From Deltaproteobacteria bacterium (GTDB lineage Bacteria > Myxococcota > Kuafuiibacteriia > Kuafuiibacteriales > Kuafuiibacteriaceae), in contig JAVJQW010000070.1 of NCBI GenBank assembly GCA_040218735.1, positions 1-64,000 on the forward strand: 64,000 bases of DNA, in the 5' to 3' direction. Shown one piece after another: positions 50,379 to 60,697 of the stretch (within the stretch, counting starts at the first letter, position 1; each line of letters begins with the position of its first letter). Made by a program: the position numbers and the translations under genes. The notes beneath the pieces were generated by a model that made no database searches, was not told where the DNA came from, and worked only from the letters and a program-made list of their open reading frames with translations.

Positions 50379-52541
50379 TCAGGCGCCGACGCGTTCGACG
50401 GAGTGGACGCCCGCGAGGTTGCGGATCTCCTTCATCACCTCGCGCAGCTGGCCCGCGTCCTTCACCGTCACCATGAACATGTTGATCGCGCGGCTGTCCT
50501 TCCGCGCGCGGCAGTTGGCGTTGAGGATGTTGACGCCGGCGCCGGAGAAGGCCTGCGACATCGTCGCGAGGATGCCGGGTTTGTCGTCCGTGATGACCTT
50601 GAGCTGAACGGAGCGCGGTGCGCTGCCCTTCTTGTCCCAGCTGACTTCGACCTTGCGCTCGGGATCCAGCTGCAGGGCCTTCGGGCACGCCATCGCGTGG
50701 ACCGTGATGCCTCGCCCGCGCGTGACGAACCCCATGATCGGGTCGCCCGGCACGGGCGAGCAACACTTCGCGAAGCGCACGAGCATCTCGTCGATGCCCT
50801 GCACCGTCACGCCGGACTGGCTCTTGGTCTTCTTCGCGACCGCCTCGATGAACTGGCCGAAGCGGGTCTTCGGCTCCTTGTTGTCCTTCGGGCCCTTCTC
50901 GAGGACCTCCTCCGGGAGGATCTTCTCGAGGATGTCGATCGCCTTGATCTTGCCGTAGCCGAGCGCGGCCACGAGGTCCTCGCCCTTTTGGTAGCGGGTG
51001 TTCTGCGCCGCCTTGTCGAGCGCCCCGCCCTTGATGAGCTTCGCGAGCGAGCGGCCGTAGCGCTTCGCCTCCTTGTCGAGGATCTCGCGGCCCATCGCGA
51101 CCGCGCGCCGACGCTGCTCCTTACGCAGGTACGCGTTGATGCGTGTCTTCGCGCGCGCCGTCTTGACGAAGTTGAGCCAGTCCTTGTTCGGGCGCTGGGT
51201 CGGCGACGTCATGATCTCGATCGTGTCGCCGTTCTTGAGTCGGTAGCGCAGCGGGACGATGCGTCCGTTCACACGCGCGCCCACGCAGTGGTGACCGACT
51301 TCGGTGTGGATGAGATACGCGAAGTCGATCGGTGTGGAGCCGCGCTTGAGCTCCTTCACCTCCCCCTTTGGGGTGAAGACGTAGACCTCGTCGGAGAACA
51401 GGTCGACCTTGACGGTGGAGATGAAGTCGGTCGGGTCCTTCAGCTCCCGTTGCCACTCCATGAGCTGACGCAGCCACGCGAATTGTTCGTCGTGCGCCGA
51501 CAGCCCCGGCTTGCCCTCCTTGTAGGCCCAGTGCGCCGCGATGCCCTGCTCCGCGATCTCGTTCATCTGCTCCGTGCGCATCTGAATCTCGATGCGTTGC
51601 ACGTCGGGTCCGATCACCGTGGTGTGCAGCGACTGGTAGCCGTTCGGCTTCGGCATCGCGATGAAGTCCTTGAAGCGCCCCGGCACCGGGCGCCACGTCG
51701 CGTGGCAGATCCCGAGCGCCTGGTAGGTGTGCGCGACGTCCTTCGTGATGATGCGGAACGCGATGATGTCGTTGACCTCTTCGAACTCGATGTCCTGGGC
51801 CTTCAACTTCCGCCAGATGCTGTACGTGTGTTTGACGCGCCCCTTCACGCGGCACTCGACGCCGCCCTCCTTCATCTTGTCGAGGAGGATGGACTGCACC
51901 TGCTCGATGTAACCCTCGCGCATCTTCGCGCTCTTCTCGAGCTTGCTCGTGAGGTCCGCGTAGTCCTTCGGATAGAGGTAGCGCAGGCAGAGGTTCTCGA
52001 GCGCCGCCTTCATCCAGTAGATGCCGAGGCGGTTCGCGAGCGGCGCGTAGATCTCGAGCGTCTCCTTCGCGATCTTCTCCTGCTTCTCGGACTTCATGTG
52101 CTCGAGCGTCCGCATGTTGTGCAGGCGGTCCGCGAGCTTCACGAGGATGACGCGTATGTCCTTGGCCATCGCGACGAGCATCCGGCGGAAGTTCTCCGCC
52201 TGTTTCTCGAACGCGGTATTGAATGGAATGTTGAGCTTGGTGACGCCGTCGACGATGTCGGCGACCTCCTGCCCGAACAGCGACGCGATCTCCTCCGACG
52301 TCGCCGCCGTGTCCTCGACCGTGTCGTGCAAGATGCCCGCGCTGATCGCGTACTCGTCGAGCTTCATGTCGGCGAGCAAGCCGGCGACCTCGAGCGGGTG
52401 CATGAGGTACGGCTCACCGGATTTGCGCACCTGTCCCTGATGCGCGCGTGCGGAGTAGACGTACGCCTTCTTGATGAGGTCGACGTCGGCCCCCGGGTGG
52501 TACTGCTGGACCCGATCGATGATGTCGTTGAGGCGAAGCAT
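50379..52541 (-). CDS. rel: Bifunctional (p)ppGpp synthetase/hydrolase Rel
   Basis: HD domain LHDTVED, KLADRLHNMRT, PKPNGYQSLH, TGS and ACT domains. Confidence 0.96.
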   Translation of the reverse strand: MLRLNDIIDRVQQYHPGADVDLIKKAYVYSARAHQGQVRKSGEPYLMHPLEVAGLLADMKLDEYAISAGILHDTVEDTAATSEEIASLFGQEVADIVDGVTKLNIPFNTAFEKQAENFRRMLVAMAKDIRVILVKLADRLHNMRTLEHMKSEKQEKIAKETLEIYAPLANRLGIYWMKAALENLCLRYLYPKDYADLTSKLEKSAKMREGYIEQVQSILLDKMKEGGVECRVKGRVKHTYSIWRKLKAQDIEFEEVNDIIAFRIITKDVAHTYQALGICHATWRPVPGRFKDFIAMPKPNGYQSLHTTVIGPDVQRIEIQMRTEQMNEIAEQGIAAHWAYKEGKPGLSAHDEQFAWLRQLMEWQRELKDPTDFISTVKVDLFSDEVYVFTPKGEVKELKRGSTPIDFAYLIHTEVGHHCVGARVNGRIVPLRYRLKNGDTIEIMTSPTQRPNKDWLNFVKTARAKTRINAYLRKEQRRRAVAMGREILDKEAKRYGRSLAKLIKGGALDKAAQNTRYQKGEDLVAALGYGKIKAIDILEKILPEEVLEKGPKDNKEPKTRFGQFIEAVAKKTKSQSGVTVQGIDEMLVRFAKCCSPVPGDPIMGFVTRGRGITVHAMACPKALQLDPERKVEVSWDKKGSAPRSVQLKVITDDKPGILATMSQAFSGAGVNILNANCRARKDSRAINMFMVTVKDAGQLREVMKEIRNLAGVHSVERVGA

Positions 52542-52687
52542 CTGTTCGCTCGTCGTGGGGCCCTCAGAAGCTAACACCGTGCGTCAAAGGCGCCAATCCC
52601 GGCGAACGTACGGTGCGTCCTTTCGAACCGAGGGCGATCGAGCGATTGTCCCGGCCGTCGGGGATCGCTAGGGTGCCAACGCAGACG

Positions 52688-54574
52688 ATGTCCTCGGGAC
52701 CGCCACCATCGTCCGAACCGTCGGGCGCCGCGGAAGACGACGCGACCTCGCAGTCCGAGACGGTCCGCCCCTCGGCCTTCACGCCCGAGGAGGACGCGCT
52801 CACGGATCCTCCGCACGCGCGCATCGAGGCGCTCGGCGGCACGATACGCACGATCCCCGCCGGCGCCGCGCCGAGCGACGCGATGGACGCCGAGGGGGAT
52901 ACCCGCGCGGACGACTCCCCGTTCGCCGGGCTCCTCGCGGAGGCCAAGTCCGAGACGGACATGACGCCGCAGCCGGAGGACGAGGAGGAGGAGAAGACGG
53001 ACGGACCGCACACCAAGCGGATCCGCCCCGAGCTGGAACCCGACGAGCCGCTCCCGCGCGCCGTGGCCGACACCGTCGCGGAGCAGCCGGCGATGACCGA
53101 GCGCCGCGTCGGCCCCTACCGGGTGCTCGAGGAGCTCGGCTCCGGCGGCATGGCGGTCGTCTACAAGGCGGTGCAGCCCGCGTTGGATCGCCTCGTCGCG
53201 ATCAAGGAGCTGCGCGCCGAGTACGTGCACGACAAACAGATCGCGACGCGCTTCGAACGCGAAGCGACGAGCCTCGCGACGCTGCAACACGGCAACATCG
53301 TCCACGTCTACGACTACCTCAAGGACCTCGAGAGCGCGTACATCGTGATGGAGTACGTCGACGGGATCGACCTGTTCGACGTGCTCGCCGAGTCGGACAA
53401 GGTCCCGCCGGACATCGCGGCGATCGTCGCGGCCGAGGTCGCCGAGGGGCTCGAGTACGCGCACTACCGCGGCATCGTTCACCGCGACATCAAGCCGTCG
53501 AACATCCTCCTGTCGAAGCGCGGCGAGGTGAAGATCATGGACTTCGGGATCGCGCGTGATCCCGGAAAGAGCGAGCTGACGCAGGTCGGCCTCGCCGTCG
53601 GGACGCCGGCGTACATGGCGCCCGAACAGATCCGCGGCGACACCATCGACTTCCGCACCGACGTCTTCGCGCTCGGCATCTGCCTGTACGAGATGCTCTC
53701 CGGCCACAAACCGTGGCCAGAGGAGGAAGGCCGCAGCGTCACCGTCAAGGTGCTCGACGAACCCTACGTCCCGCTGGAGAAGACCGCGCCGGGGGTGCCG
53801 CCGGAGCTGTCGCAGATCGTGTCGCGCTGCCTCGCGAAGGATCCGGGTCGGCGCTTCGCCACGACCTACGAGCTGCGCTCCGCGCTCGAGAGCTACGCGA
53901 CGCGCGAGGTCCGCTCGGACCCCCGCACGCGTATCGCGCTGTACCTCAGGAACCGCGGCTTCATCTCCGACGCCGAGGCCGCCAACTTCGTCGACACCAC
54001 GCTGCTCAACGATGCTTCGATGCGCCGGCGCGACGAAGGCATCCCGCTGCCCCCGGCCGACGTGCTCCTGAAGCCGGTCGGTCTCGCGCACGCGTTGGCG
54101 CTCGCGGTCATCGTGATCGCGGGGCTGCTGGCGGTGTTCTTCCCGATCGGACAGTCGCTGGAGGGCACCGCGCGCGCCGCGCCCGACACCGGCGCGGCCG
54201 CACCGCCGGTGGACGTGGAGGCGGTCGTCGCCCAGCGTGTCGCGGAGGAGCTCGCGAAGCGGCCCACCCCCAAGGCGGCGCCGTCCCGGGGGGCGCTGGG
54301 TAAGAACGCGGCCCCGCGCGCCCCGCTGAACGGGGACGAAGGCTTCGTGCGCGTCGTCGTCAAACCGTGGGCGCGGGTGTTCGTCGACGGTGACTTCTAC
54401 GACTACACGCCGTTCGCCAACGCGATCCCGCTCGGGCCCGGGCGTCACCGCATCGGCCTGCGCAACCCGTACTACGAGGGCGTCGATCGGTACGTCGAGG
54501 TCGAGACCGGCAAGACCCAGACCGTGAAGATCAGCCTGATCGCGAAGGACCAGGCGGAGACCGCGGACCGATGA
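52688..54574 (+). CDS. Ser/Thr protein kinase with acidic N-terminal extension, TM helix and PEGA domain
   Basis: LGSGGMAVVY, HRDIKPSN, DFG, GTPAYMAPEQ. Start approximate. Confidence 0.93.
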   Translation: MSSGPPPSSEPSGAAEDDATSQSETVRPSAFTPEEDALTDPPHARIEALGGTIRTIPAGAAPSDAMDAEGDTRADDSPFAGLLAEAKSETDMTPQPEDEEEEKTDGPHTKRIRPELEPDEPLPRAVADTVAEQPAMTERRVGPYRVLEELGSGGMAVVYKAVQPALDRLVAIKELRAEYVHDKQIATRFEREATSLATLQHGNIVHVYDYLKDLESAYIVMEYVDGIDLFDVLAESDKVPPDIAAIVAAEVAEGLEYAHYRGIVHRDIKPSNILLSKRGEVKIMDFGIARDPGKSELTQVGLAVGTPAYMAPEQIRGDTIDFRTDVFALGICLYEMLSGHKPWPEEEGRSVTVKVLDEPYVPLEKTAPGVPPELSQIVSRCLAKDPGRRFATTYELRSALESYATREVRSDPRTRIALYLRNRGFISDAEAANFVDTTLLNDASMRRRDEGIPLPPADVLLKPVGLAHALALAVIVIAGLLAVFFPIGQSLEGTARAAPDTGAAAPPVDVEAVVAQRVAEELAKRPTPKAAPSRGALGKNAAPRAPLNGDEGFVRVVVKPWARVFVDGDFYDYTPFANAIPLGPGRHRIGLRNPYYEGVDRYVEVETGKTQTVKISLIAKDQAETADR

Positions 54575-55557
54575 GAGCGCTCGTCGTCCTGCTCGCGCTG
54601 ACCCCCGCGCTGGTACCGGCGACCGCGATCGCGAAGGGACCGATCCTCCACAAGGTGCGCTCGACGCAGGAGACGTACGCCGCCCTCGCGGATCACTACT
54701 ACGGCAAGCGGTACCTCGAACGGCACCTCCGGCTGTTCAACCGCAAGTCCGAGCCGCTCGCGAAGGGCACCACGATCCTGATCCCCACCTACCGCTTCAT
54801 CGCCGCGAAGCCGGGGCAGAGCCTCGCCGACTTCGCGCGCACGTACCTCAATGACGAAGGCCGCGCGCCCTACCTCGCAGCGATCCACGGCCTCAAACGC
54901 GGGCGCATCCCGCGCGGGAAGCGCCTCAAGGTCGTGCAGTCGCTGGGGCACGTCGTACGGCCCGGGGAGTCGCTGAAGGCGATCGCGCGGACGTATTACC
55001 GGGAGACGAACCCGAACCGGCTGCGATTGTTGATGCTCTACAACAAACTCGAGACCGCGCGCGTACGGGTCGGCATGACGCTCCGGATCCCGCTGGACAG
55101 CAAGGAGTTCTCGCACCGCCGCGTCGCGGAGCGCGCCGAGGAGCAGTTCGATCTGCGCGGCGAGGTCGAGGCGAAGGTCGTCAGCGGCCCCGTCGGGCCG
55201 CCCGTCATCAAGGGCAAGCGCCGGATCGTCCGCAAGGAGCGCCGCGAGCGCGCCGCGGCGGACCTCGAACGCATCGAAGCCAACCTCGAGACCGCCGAGC
55301 GCCTCTACGACGACGGCGAGTACACCGACTGCGCGAAGCTCACCGCCGAGGCGTTGGCGACCGTCGGTACCGCACCGAAGGCCACACGCGCCGAGCTCAT
55401 GCGGGTGTCCGCGTTCGCGCTGGTCGCGCTCGGCGAGTACGGCGAGGCGCGCGCGCGCTTCGTGGAGCTGTTGTCGGTGGAGCCGAAATACGAGCTCGAC
55501 CTGTACCAGACGTCGCCGAAGATCCTCGACGTCTTCCAGTCCGTCGCCGAACGCTGA
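54571..55557 (+). CDS. Secreted LysM-repeat + TPR protein
   Basis: Signal peptide; three LysM-like units (HKVRSTQETY, AKPGQSL, HVVRPGESL); C-terminal TPR. Confidence 0.8.
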   Translation: MRALVVLLALTPALVPATAIAKGPILHKVRSTQETYAALADHYYGKRYLERHLRLFNRKSEPLAKGTTILIPTYRFIAAKPGQSLADFARTYLNDEGRAPYLAAIHGLKRGRIPRGKRLKVVQSLGHVVRPGESLKAIARTYYRETNPNRLRLLMLYNKLETARVRVGMTLRIPLDSKEFSHRRVAERAEEQFDLRGEVEAKVVSGPVGPPVIKGKRRIVRKERRERAAADLERIEANLETAERLYDDGEYTDCAKLTAEALATVGTAPKATRAELMRVSAFALVALGEYGEARARFVELLSVEPKYELDLYQTSPKILDVFQSVAER

Positions 55558-55593
55558 CCTCGAGGGCGGGACCGGCGCCGGGGCGCGCGATCC

Positions 55594-58428
55594 TCAGGAC
55601 GACGGGGCGTCCGGCTCGAAGGGATCGACGTCCGCCTTCTTGGCGGCGGTCTTCTTCGCCGCCGTCTTCTTGGCGGCGGTCTTCTTCTTGGTCGTCGTCT
55701 TCTTCGCGGTCGTCTTCTTGGCGGCGGTCTTCTTCTTGGTCGTCGTCTTCTTCTTCGAAGCCGTCTTCTTGGTGGTCTTCTTCTTCGTGGCCTTCTTCTT
55801 CGTCGCCTTCTTCTTGCCGCCGCCCTCGCCGCGCGGGGGGAACTCGAAGCCGTGGCGGCCGTTTTCCTTGAGGTGCAGCGTCGCCACGAACGGGCGCCCG
55901 CGGCGCGAAGTGAACTCCTGGAGCAACGGGGTCTGCCCGTCCTTCACGAACGACGTCGCCTCGTCCCGCGTGATCTCGCGCTTGCACACCGTGCGCGGCA
56001 GCAGGAACGGGCAGTACGTCATCTCCTCCGGGATCTCCTTCTTCTTCACCGGGAAGAGCGTGGTGTCGTCGCGCTCGAGCGCGCGGAGCACCTTCAGGCC
56101 GCTCTCGCAGATGAACGTCGACCGCGTCTCGACGACGTTCGCCTCCTTGCACTGCGGGCACTGGCCCAGCGGAGAATCGTCGACCTCGTACTCCGGCATC
56201 CCGAGGTCGTCGGCGCTCTCGCCGCCAGCGACGCGCTTGAGCTGCACCTCGCCGTCCGCGATCTCCAGCTCGCCGCGGTAGGTGCGGCCCTGGCGCGTCA
56301 TGAACCCGTCGAGGATGCGCGACTTCCCGTCCGCGAGCAGCTCACGCACCGTGCGCCGATCCACGTAGCGCCCCGACTTGTCCTTCCAGATGCGGAACGG
56401 GCAATCGACGATCTCGGGGACCTCGTTCGGATCCTCGCCGGCCTTCTTCTTGGCCTTCTTCAGCTTGCGCGCCGCCTCCAGGCCCTCCGGCTCCTTGCAC
56501 CGGTAGAACCAGGAGCGCTCGTAGACGTCCTTGCTGCACAGCGGGCACTTCCCGAGCGACTCGTCGTCCGGGAACAGATCCACGAACTCGAAGCCCTTCG
56601 TGAGCTCCACGATCTCCTTCGTGTAGTCGTAGACCTCCTTCATGAAGTGGTCCGACTTCAACGACCGGTGCTCGACCTCCGACAGCTGCTTTTCGAGCTG
56701 CCCGGTCAGCGCCGGCGACGCGAGCCGATCCGCGTTCATGCGCCGCAGGATGTCGATGAGCCGCAGCCCCTTCACGCTCGGCCGCAGCACGCGGCCCGCG
56801 CGCAGGACGTACGCCTTGGAGATCAGGTTCTCGATCGTGTCGGCGCGCGTGGCCGGCGTCCCGATCCCGGAGTCCTTCATCGCCTCCGCGTAGTCCTCGT
56901 CGTCGACGGCCTTCCCCGCGTTCTCCATCAGCGAGAGGAGCCGCGCTTCCGTGATCCGCGGCGGCGGCTTGGTCTCGTCGGCTTCGACCTCCGTCTCGCC
57001 CGGCCCCACCGGCACGTCGTTCGCCTCGTCGCCGTCAGCGAGCGGCGGGAGCTTCATCGACGATCCCGCGTCGGGATCGGGGAGCACCTCGCGCCAGCCG
57101 GGGATCTGCAGCACCTTCTCACGCGACCGGAAGTGCTCCTCCTCGACCACCGTGGTCCGCTCGACGCGGGACCAGATGGCCGGCGGGTGGAACGCGCCCA
57201 TGAAGCGCCGCGCGACGAGGTCGAAGAGGCGCCCGTCGTCACCACCGAGGTCGGCGACGATCGTCCCCGTGGGCACGATCGCGAAGTGGTCGGTGACCTT
57301 CGCGTCGTCGAAGATCTTCTCCGTGTTGAGGAGGCCGTCCTTGGCGAGGCGCGCGCTGGCGGCGGCGAAGCGCTCGTCCGCGCCGAGCTGGACGATGACC
57401 TCCTCGACCACCGCGCGGTAGTCGTTCGGGAGCGCCCGCGTATCGGTACGCGGGTAGGTGAGGACCTTGTGCGCTTCGTAGCAGCGCTGCGCCGCGTTCA
57501 GCGTGCGGCGCGCCGACCAGCCGAAGCGACGGTTCGCCTCCCGCTGCAGGGACGTGAGGTCGAACAGCGGCGGGGCCGCCTCGCGGGACGGCTTGCGGGT
57601 CTCGGAGGCCAGCGCCGGCTTGCCTTTGACCTTCTCGAGGATCGCGTTGGCGCGAGCCTCCTCGAAGATCCGATCCTCCTTGTCGTCGTCGTTCTCCGCC
57701 TTGAAGTTGGGATCGAACCAGACCGCGTCGTAGGGCGTGCCGGCCTGGTCGAAGGTCGCCTTGATGCGCCAGTAAGGTATGGGAGAGTGCTCGAGGACCT
57801 CGAGCTCTCGATCCACCAGCATCCCGAGCGTCGGCGTCTGGACGCGGCCGGCGCTCCAGGCCTGGTTCTCGCTGCGGCTCTTGAGGCGACGGGTCAACGC
57901 GCGCGTCGCGTTCATGCCGATCAGCCAGTCCGAGTAGTTGCGGCAGTGCGCGGCCTCGGACAGCCCGTCGAACTTGGTGCCGTCCGTCAGCTTGGAGAAG
58001 CCGTCGGTGATGGCCTTCTTGGTCATCGACTGGAGCCACAGGCGCTCGATCGGCTTGGCCGACTCGAGGTACTCGACCACCTCGCGGAAGATCAGCTCCC
58101 CCTCGCGCCCGGCATCGCAGGCGTTCACGACGTTTTCGACGTCGTCGCGGTGCAGGAGCTTCTTGATGGTACGGAGGCGGTCCCGGGTGCCCTCTTTGGG
58201 CTTTAGGGGGAACCGCTCAGGCAGGATCGGGAGCGTGTCCAGCGTCCACCGCTTGTACTTCTCGTCGATGTCCTCGGGGGCGACCAGCTCGAGGAGGTGA
58301 CCGACGGCGAACGTGACGATGTAGTCGTCACTCTCCCAGAAGCCCTCTTCCTCGGTGAAACCCCCCAGCGCGCCCACGATGTCGCGTGCGACGCTGGGTT
58401 TCTCAGTGATGACCAGCCGCTTGCCCAC
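55594..58428 (-). CDS. topB: DNA topoisomerase III with Zn-ribbon repeats and a Lys-rich tail
   Basis: ITEKPSVA, NACDAGREGELIF, SAGRVQTPT, LTYPRTD, GIGTPATRA. Confidence 0.92.
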   Translation of the reverse strand: MGKRLVITEKPSVARDIVGALGGFTEEEGFWESDDYIVTFAVGHLLELVAPEDIDEKYKRWTLDTLPILPERFPLKPKEGTRDRLRTIKKLLHRDDVENVVNACDAGREGELIFREVVEYLESAKPIERLWLQSMTKKAITDGFSKLTDGTKFDGLSEAAHCRNYSDWLIGMNATRALTRRLKSRSENQAWSAGRVQTPTLGMLVDRELEVLEHSPIPYWRIKATFDQAGTPYDAVWFDPNFKAENDDDKEDRIFEEARANAILEKVKGKPALASETRKPSREAAPPLFDLTSLQREANRRFGWSARRTLNAAQRCYEAHKVLTYPRTDTRALPNDYRAVVEEVIVQLGADERFAAASARLAKDGLLNTEKIFDDAKVTDHFAIVPTGTIVADLGGDDGRLFDLVARRFMGAFHPPAIWSRVERTTVVEEEHFRSREKVLQIPGWREVLPDPDAGSSMKLPPLADGDEANDVPVGPGETEVEADETKPPPRITEARLLSLMENAGKAVDDEDYAEAMKDSGIGTPATRADTIENLISKAYVLRAGRVLRPSVKGLRLIDILRRMNADRLASPALTGQLEKQLSEVEHRSLKSDHFMKEVYDYTKEIVELTKGFEFVDLFPDDESLGKCPLCSKDVYERSWFYRCKEPEGLEAARKLKKAKKKAGEDPNEVPEIVDCPFRIWKDKSGRYVDRRTVRELLADGKSRILDGFMTRQGRTYRGELEIADGEVQLKRVAGGESADDLGMPEYEVDDSPLGQCPQCKEANVVETRSTFICESGLKVLRALERDDTTLFPVKKKEIPEEMTYCPFLLPRTVCKREITRDEATSFVKDGQTPLLQEFTSRRGRPFVATLHLKENGRHGFEFPPRGEGGGKKKATKKKATKKKTTKKTASKKKTTTKKKTAAKKTTAKKTTTKKKTAAKKTAAKKTAAKKADVDPFEPDAPSS
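55630..55815 (-). repeat. KK(T/A)(T/A)(A/K) histone H1-like low-complexity repeat in the topB tail
   Basis: KKATKKKATKKKTTKKTASKKKTTTKKKTAAKK... Confidence 0.9.
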
Positions 58429-58474
58429 GGCGGGAGAAAAGACACACCGGCCGGGGTCTTGGCAAGGGTGCGGT

Positions 58475-60073
58475 TCAGTCAGCGCGCTTCTTCGACACGT
58501 GGATGATCTGCGTGTCGGCGTCGACCGAGACGATCACGACGGTCATGAAGTGGCCCGCCTTGACCGCCGTGGTGAGATCCACGGGGCCCGCCTGGTACTC
58601 GTCCGCGGCGAGCGTCCCCTCGATGCCCGGCTCGAGCTCGAGGTACGCCTCGTCGCGCTGGACCTTCAGCACGCGGGCATCGACCTGCGAGCCCGGCGCG
58701 AAGCGGTCCGGCATCGCGCGCCACGGATCGTCCGTGAGCTGCTTGATGCCGAGCGAGAAGCGCTCGTTTTCGACGTCGATGTTCAGGACCACCGCCTCCA
58801 CATCGAGCTCCTCTTCGTACAGCTCGGCGGGGTGCTTGAAGCGGCCCGACCACGACAGGTCGCTGATGTGGACGAGGCCGTCGATGCCCTCTTCCACGCC
58901 GACGAAGATGCCGAAGTCCGTGATGTTGCGGATCGGCCCCCGGATGACGGTGCCGACCGGGTACTTCTTCGACAGGAGCGTCCACGGGTTCGGCTCGGTC
59001 TGCTTGATGCCGAGCGAGATCCGCTTCTGCGAGATGTCGATGTCCAGGACCATCGCCTGCACTTCGTCCCCGATGGCGTACAGCTTCGAGGGGTGCTTGA
59101 CGCGCTTCGTCCAGGACATCTCGGTGATGTGGACGAGGCCCTCGATGCCGGGCTCGAGCTCCACGAACGCGCCGTAGTCGGTCAGGCTGACCACGGTGCC
59201 CGTGACGCGGGTGCCGGTCGGGTACTTCTTGTCCGCCTCGATCCACGGGTCGTCCTGGATCTGCTTGAGGCCCAGCGACACACGCTCCGTACCGGGATCG
59301 AACTTGAGGACCTTCACGCGGACCTCGTCGCCGACCTTGAACATGTCGGAGGGGTGGTTCAGGCGCCCCCAACTCATGTCCGTGATGTGGAGCAGGCCGT
59401 CGATGCCGCCGAGGTCGATGAACGCGCCGTACTCGGTGATGTTCTTGACCACGCCGTCGAGGATCGCGCCCTCGGTGAGCTTTTCGAGCGTCTCGGCCTT
59501 CTGCTTCTCGCGCTCCTGCTCGAGGACGAGGCGCCGCGACAGGACGATGTTGTTCCGCCGCTTGTTGAACTTGATGACCTTGAACCGGAACTTCTCGTTG
59601 ATGAGCTTGTCGAGGTTCCGGATCGGCCGCAGATCCACCTGCGAGCCGGGGAGGAACGCCTTCACGCCGATATCGACCTGAAGGCCACCCTTCACGCGGG
59701 CGATGATCGTGCCCTCGATGGTCGACTCTTCCTCGTAGGCCTTCGCGATGTCGTCCCAGATTCGCATCCGGTCGGCCTTTTCCTTGGACAGGACACAGAG
59801 GCCGTCTGCGTTTTCGCGTTTGCTCTCGATGAAGACGTTGATCACGTCGCCGACCTTGACGGTGGTGTCGCCGTCTTCGGTCTTGGGGAATTCCTTGAGG
59901 TCGACCACGCCTTCGGACTTGAATCCGAAGTCGATGATCGCCTGGTCCTTGCGGAGCGCGACGACCGTCCCTTTGACGATATCGCCCTCACGGGTCTCGT
60001 CTTCGCGGAGCGACTGCTCCAGAAGATCGCCGAAGGACATCTCCTCGTTCGTGTGTGTGTTGGTTTCGGACAT
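58475..60073 (-). CDS. rpsA: 30S ribosomal protein S1
   Basis: Six S1 domains: AFLPGSQVD, GAFIDLGGIDGLLHITDMSW, etc. Confidence 0.97.
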   Translation of the reverse strand: MSETNTHTNEEMSFGDLLEQSLREDETREGDIVKGTVVALRKDQAIIDFGFKSEGVVDLKEFPKTEDGDTTVKVGDVINVFIESKRENADGLCVLSKEKADRMRIWDDIAKAYEEESTIEGTIIARVKGGLQVDIGVKAFLPGSQVDLRPIRNLDKLINEKFRFKVIKFNKRRNNIVLSRRLVLEQEREKQKAETLEKLTEGAILDGVVKNITEYGAFIDLGGIDGLLHITDMSWGRLNHPSDMFKVGDEVRVKVLKFDPGTERVSLGLKQIQDDPWIEADKKYPTGTRVTGTVVSLTDYGAFVELEPGIEGLVHITEMSWTKRVKHPSKLYAIGDEVQAMVLDIDISQKRISLGIKQTEPNPWTLLSKKYPVGTVIRGPIRNITDFGIFVGVEEGIDGLVHISDLSWSGRFKHPAELYEEELDVEAVVLNIDVENERFSLGIKQLTDDPWRAMPDRFAPGSQVDARVLKVQRDEAYLELEPGIEGTLAADEYQAGPVDLTTAVKAGHFMTVVIVSVDADTQIIHVSKKRAD

Positions 60074-60223
60074 CAGTTCTTGGTTGGTCGGACCTGTCGG
60101 TCCGAGTTCCTTTCGCCGCGCATCACCACGCGCGCCTCGGGCTAGCGGTTTCGTCGTTTCCCAGCTTTTGGGTTGGATGAAGCGGCCCCCGGACGGCGTC
60201 GCCTGGCTCGTCGGCAGGGCGGG

Positions 60224-60252
60224 AACCTAAGGGTGCGATCCAATGATGTCAA
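60224..60252 (-). promoter_or_regulatory. Sigma70 promoter for rpsA
   Basis: Minus strand TTGACA (60252-60247), 17-nt spacer, TAGGTT (60229-60224). Confidence 0.75.
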
Positions 60253-60542
60253 AGGGGATTTTGCGGGCTGTCGACGTTCAACCTCGGCCCATCCCGACCG
60301 ATGTGTTGGGGGGATGGAAGCGACCTTTCGGAGGACTCGGCGGTTCGCCGGGGACTCGACGGATCTCCCCCTCCACACCGGCACGATCGGCTGCGTCCGA
60401 TCCGCGATCCGATCCGCGTCGGAGGATGTGTGGATCCGGCGCGCACCGCGCGTCGAGCGACGAAAGTTTCGGCGGGGATCGGTTCGCCGCGTGCCGCCGA
60501 TGCGGCCTTCGAAATGCGCACTGCGAGGCAGATCTGCGCGGT

Positions 60543-60571
60543 TTGACAGGCGAGCGACGGGCGGCTAGATT
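60543..60571 (+). promoter_or_regulatory. Sigma70 promoter for the tolQ-tolR-tolR operon
   Basis: TTGACA (60543-48), 17-nt spacer, TAGATT (60566-71). Confidence 0.75.
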
Positions 60572-60697
60572 CGCGGCGCTTTTGACGCCAGGGGCGTATC
60601 CTCGGGTGCGCGTCCGGCCAGAACGACAAGCGATAGCCGACACAACGAACGACAGTAATTCGGACAGTAGTACGGGCTAGGGGAAGCGAAAGCGGCA

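Noticed and set aside
55630-55815. Lys-rich repeat as a novel element
   Set aside because: Histone-like tails on type IA topoisomerases are well known.
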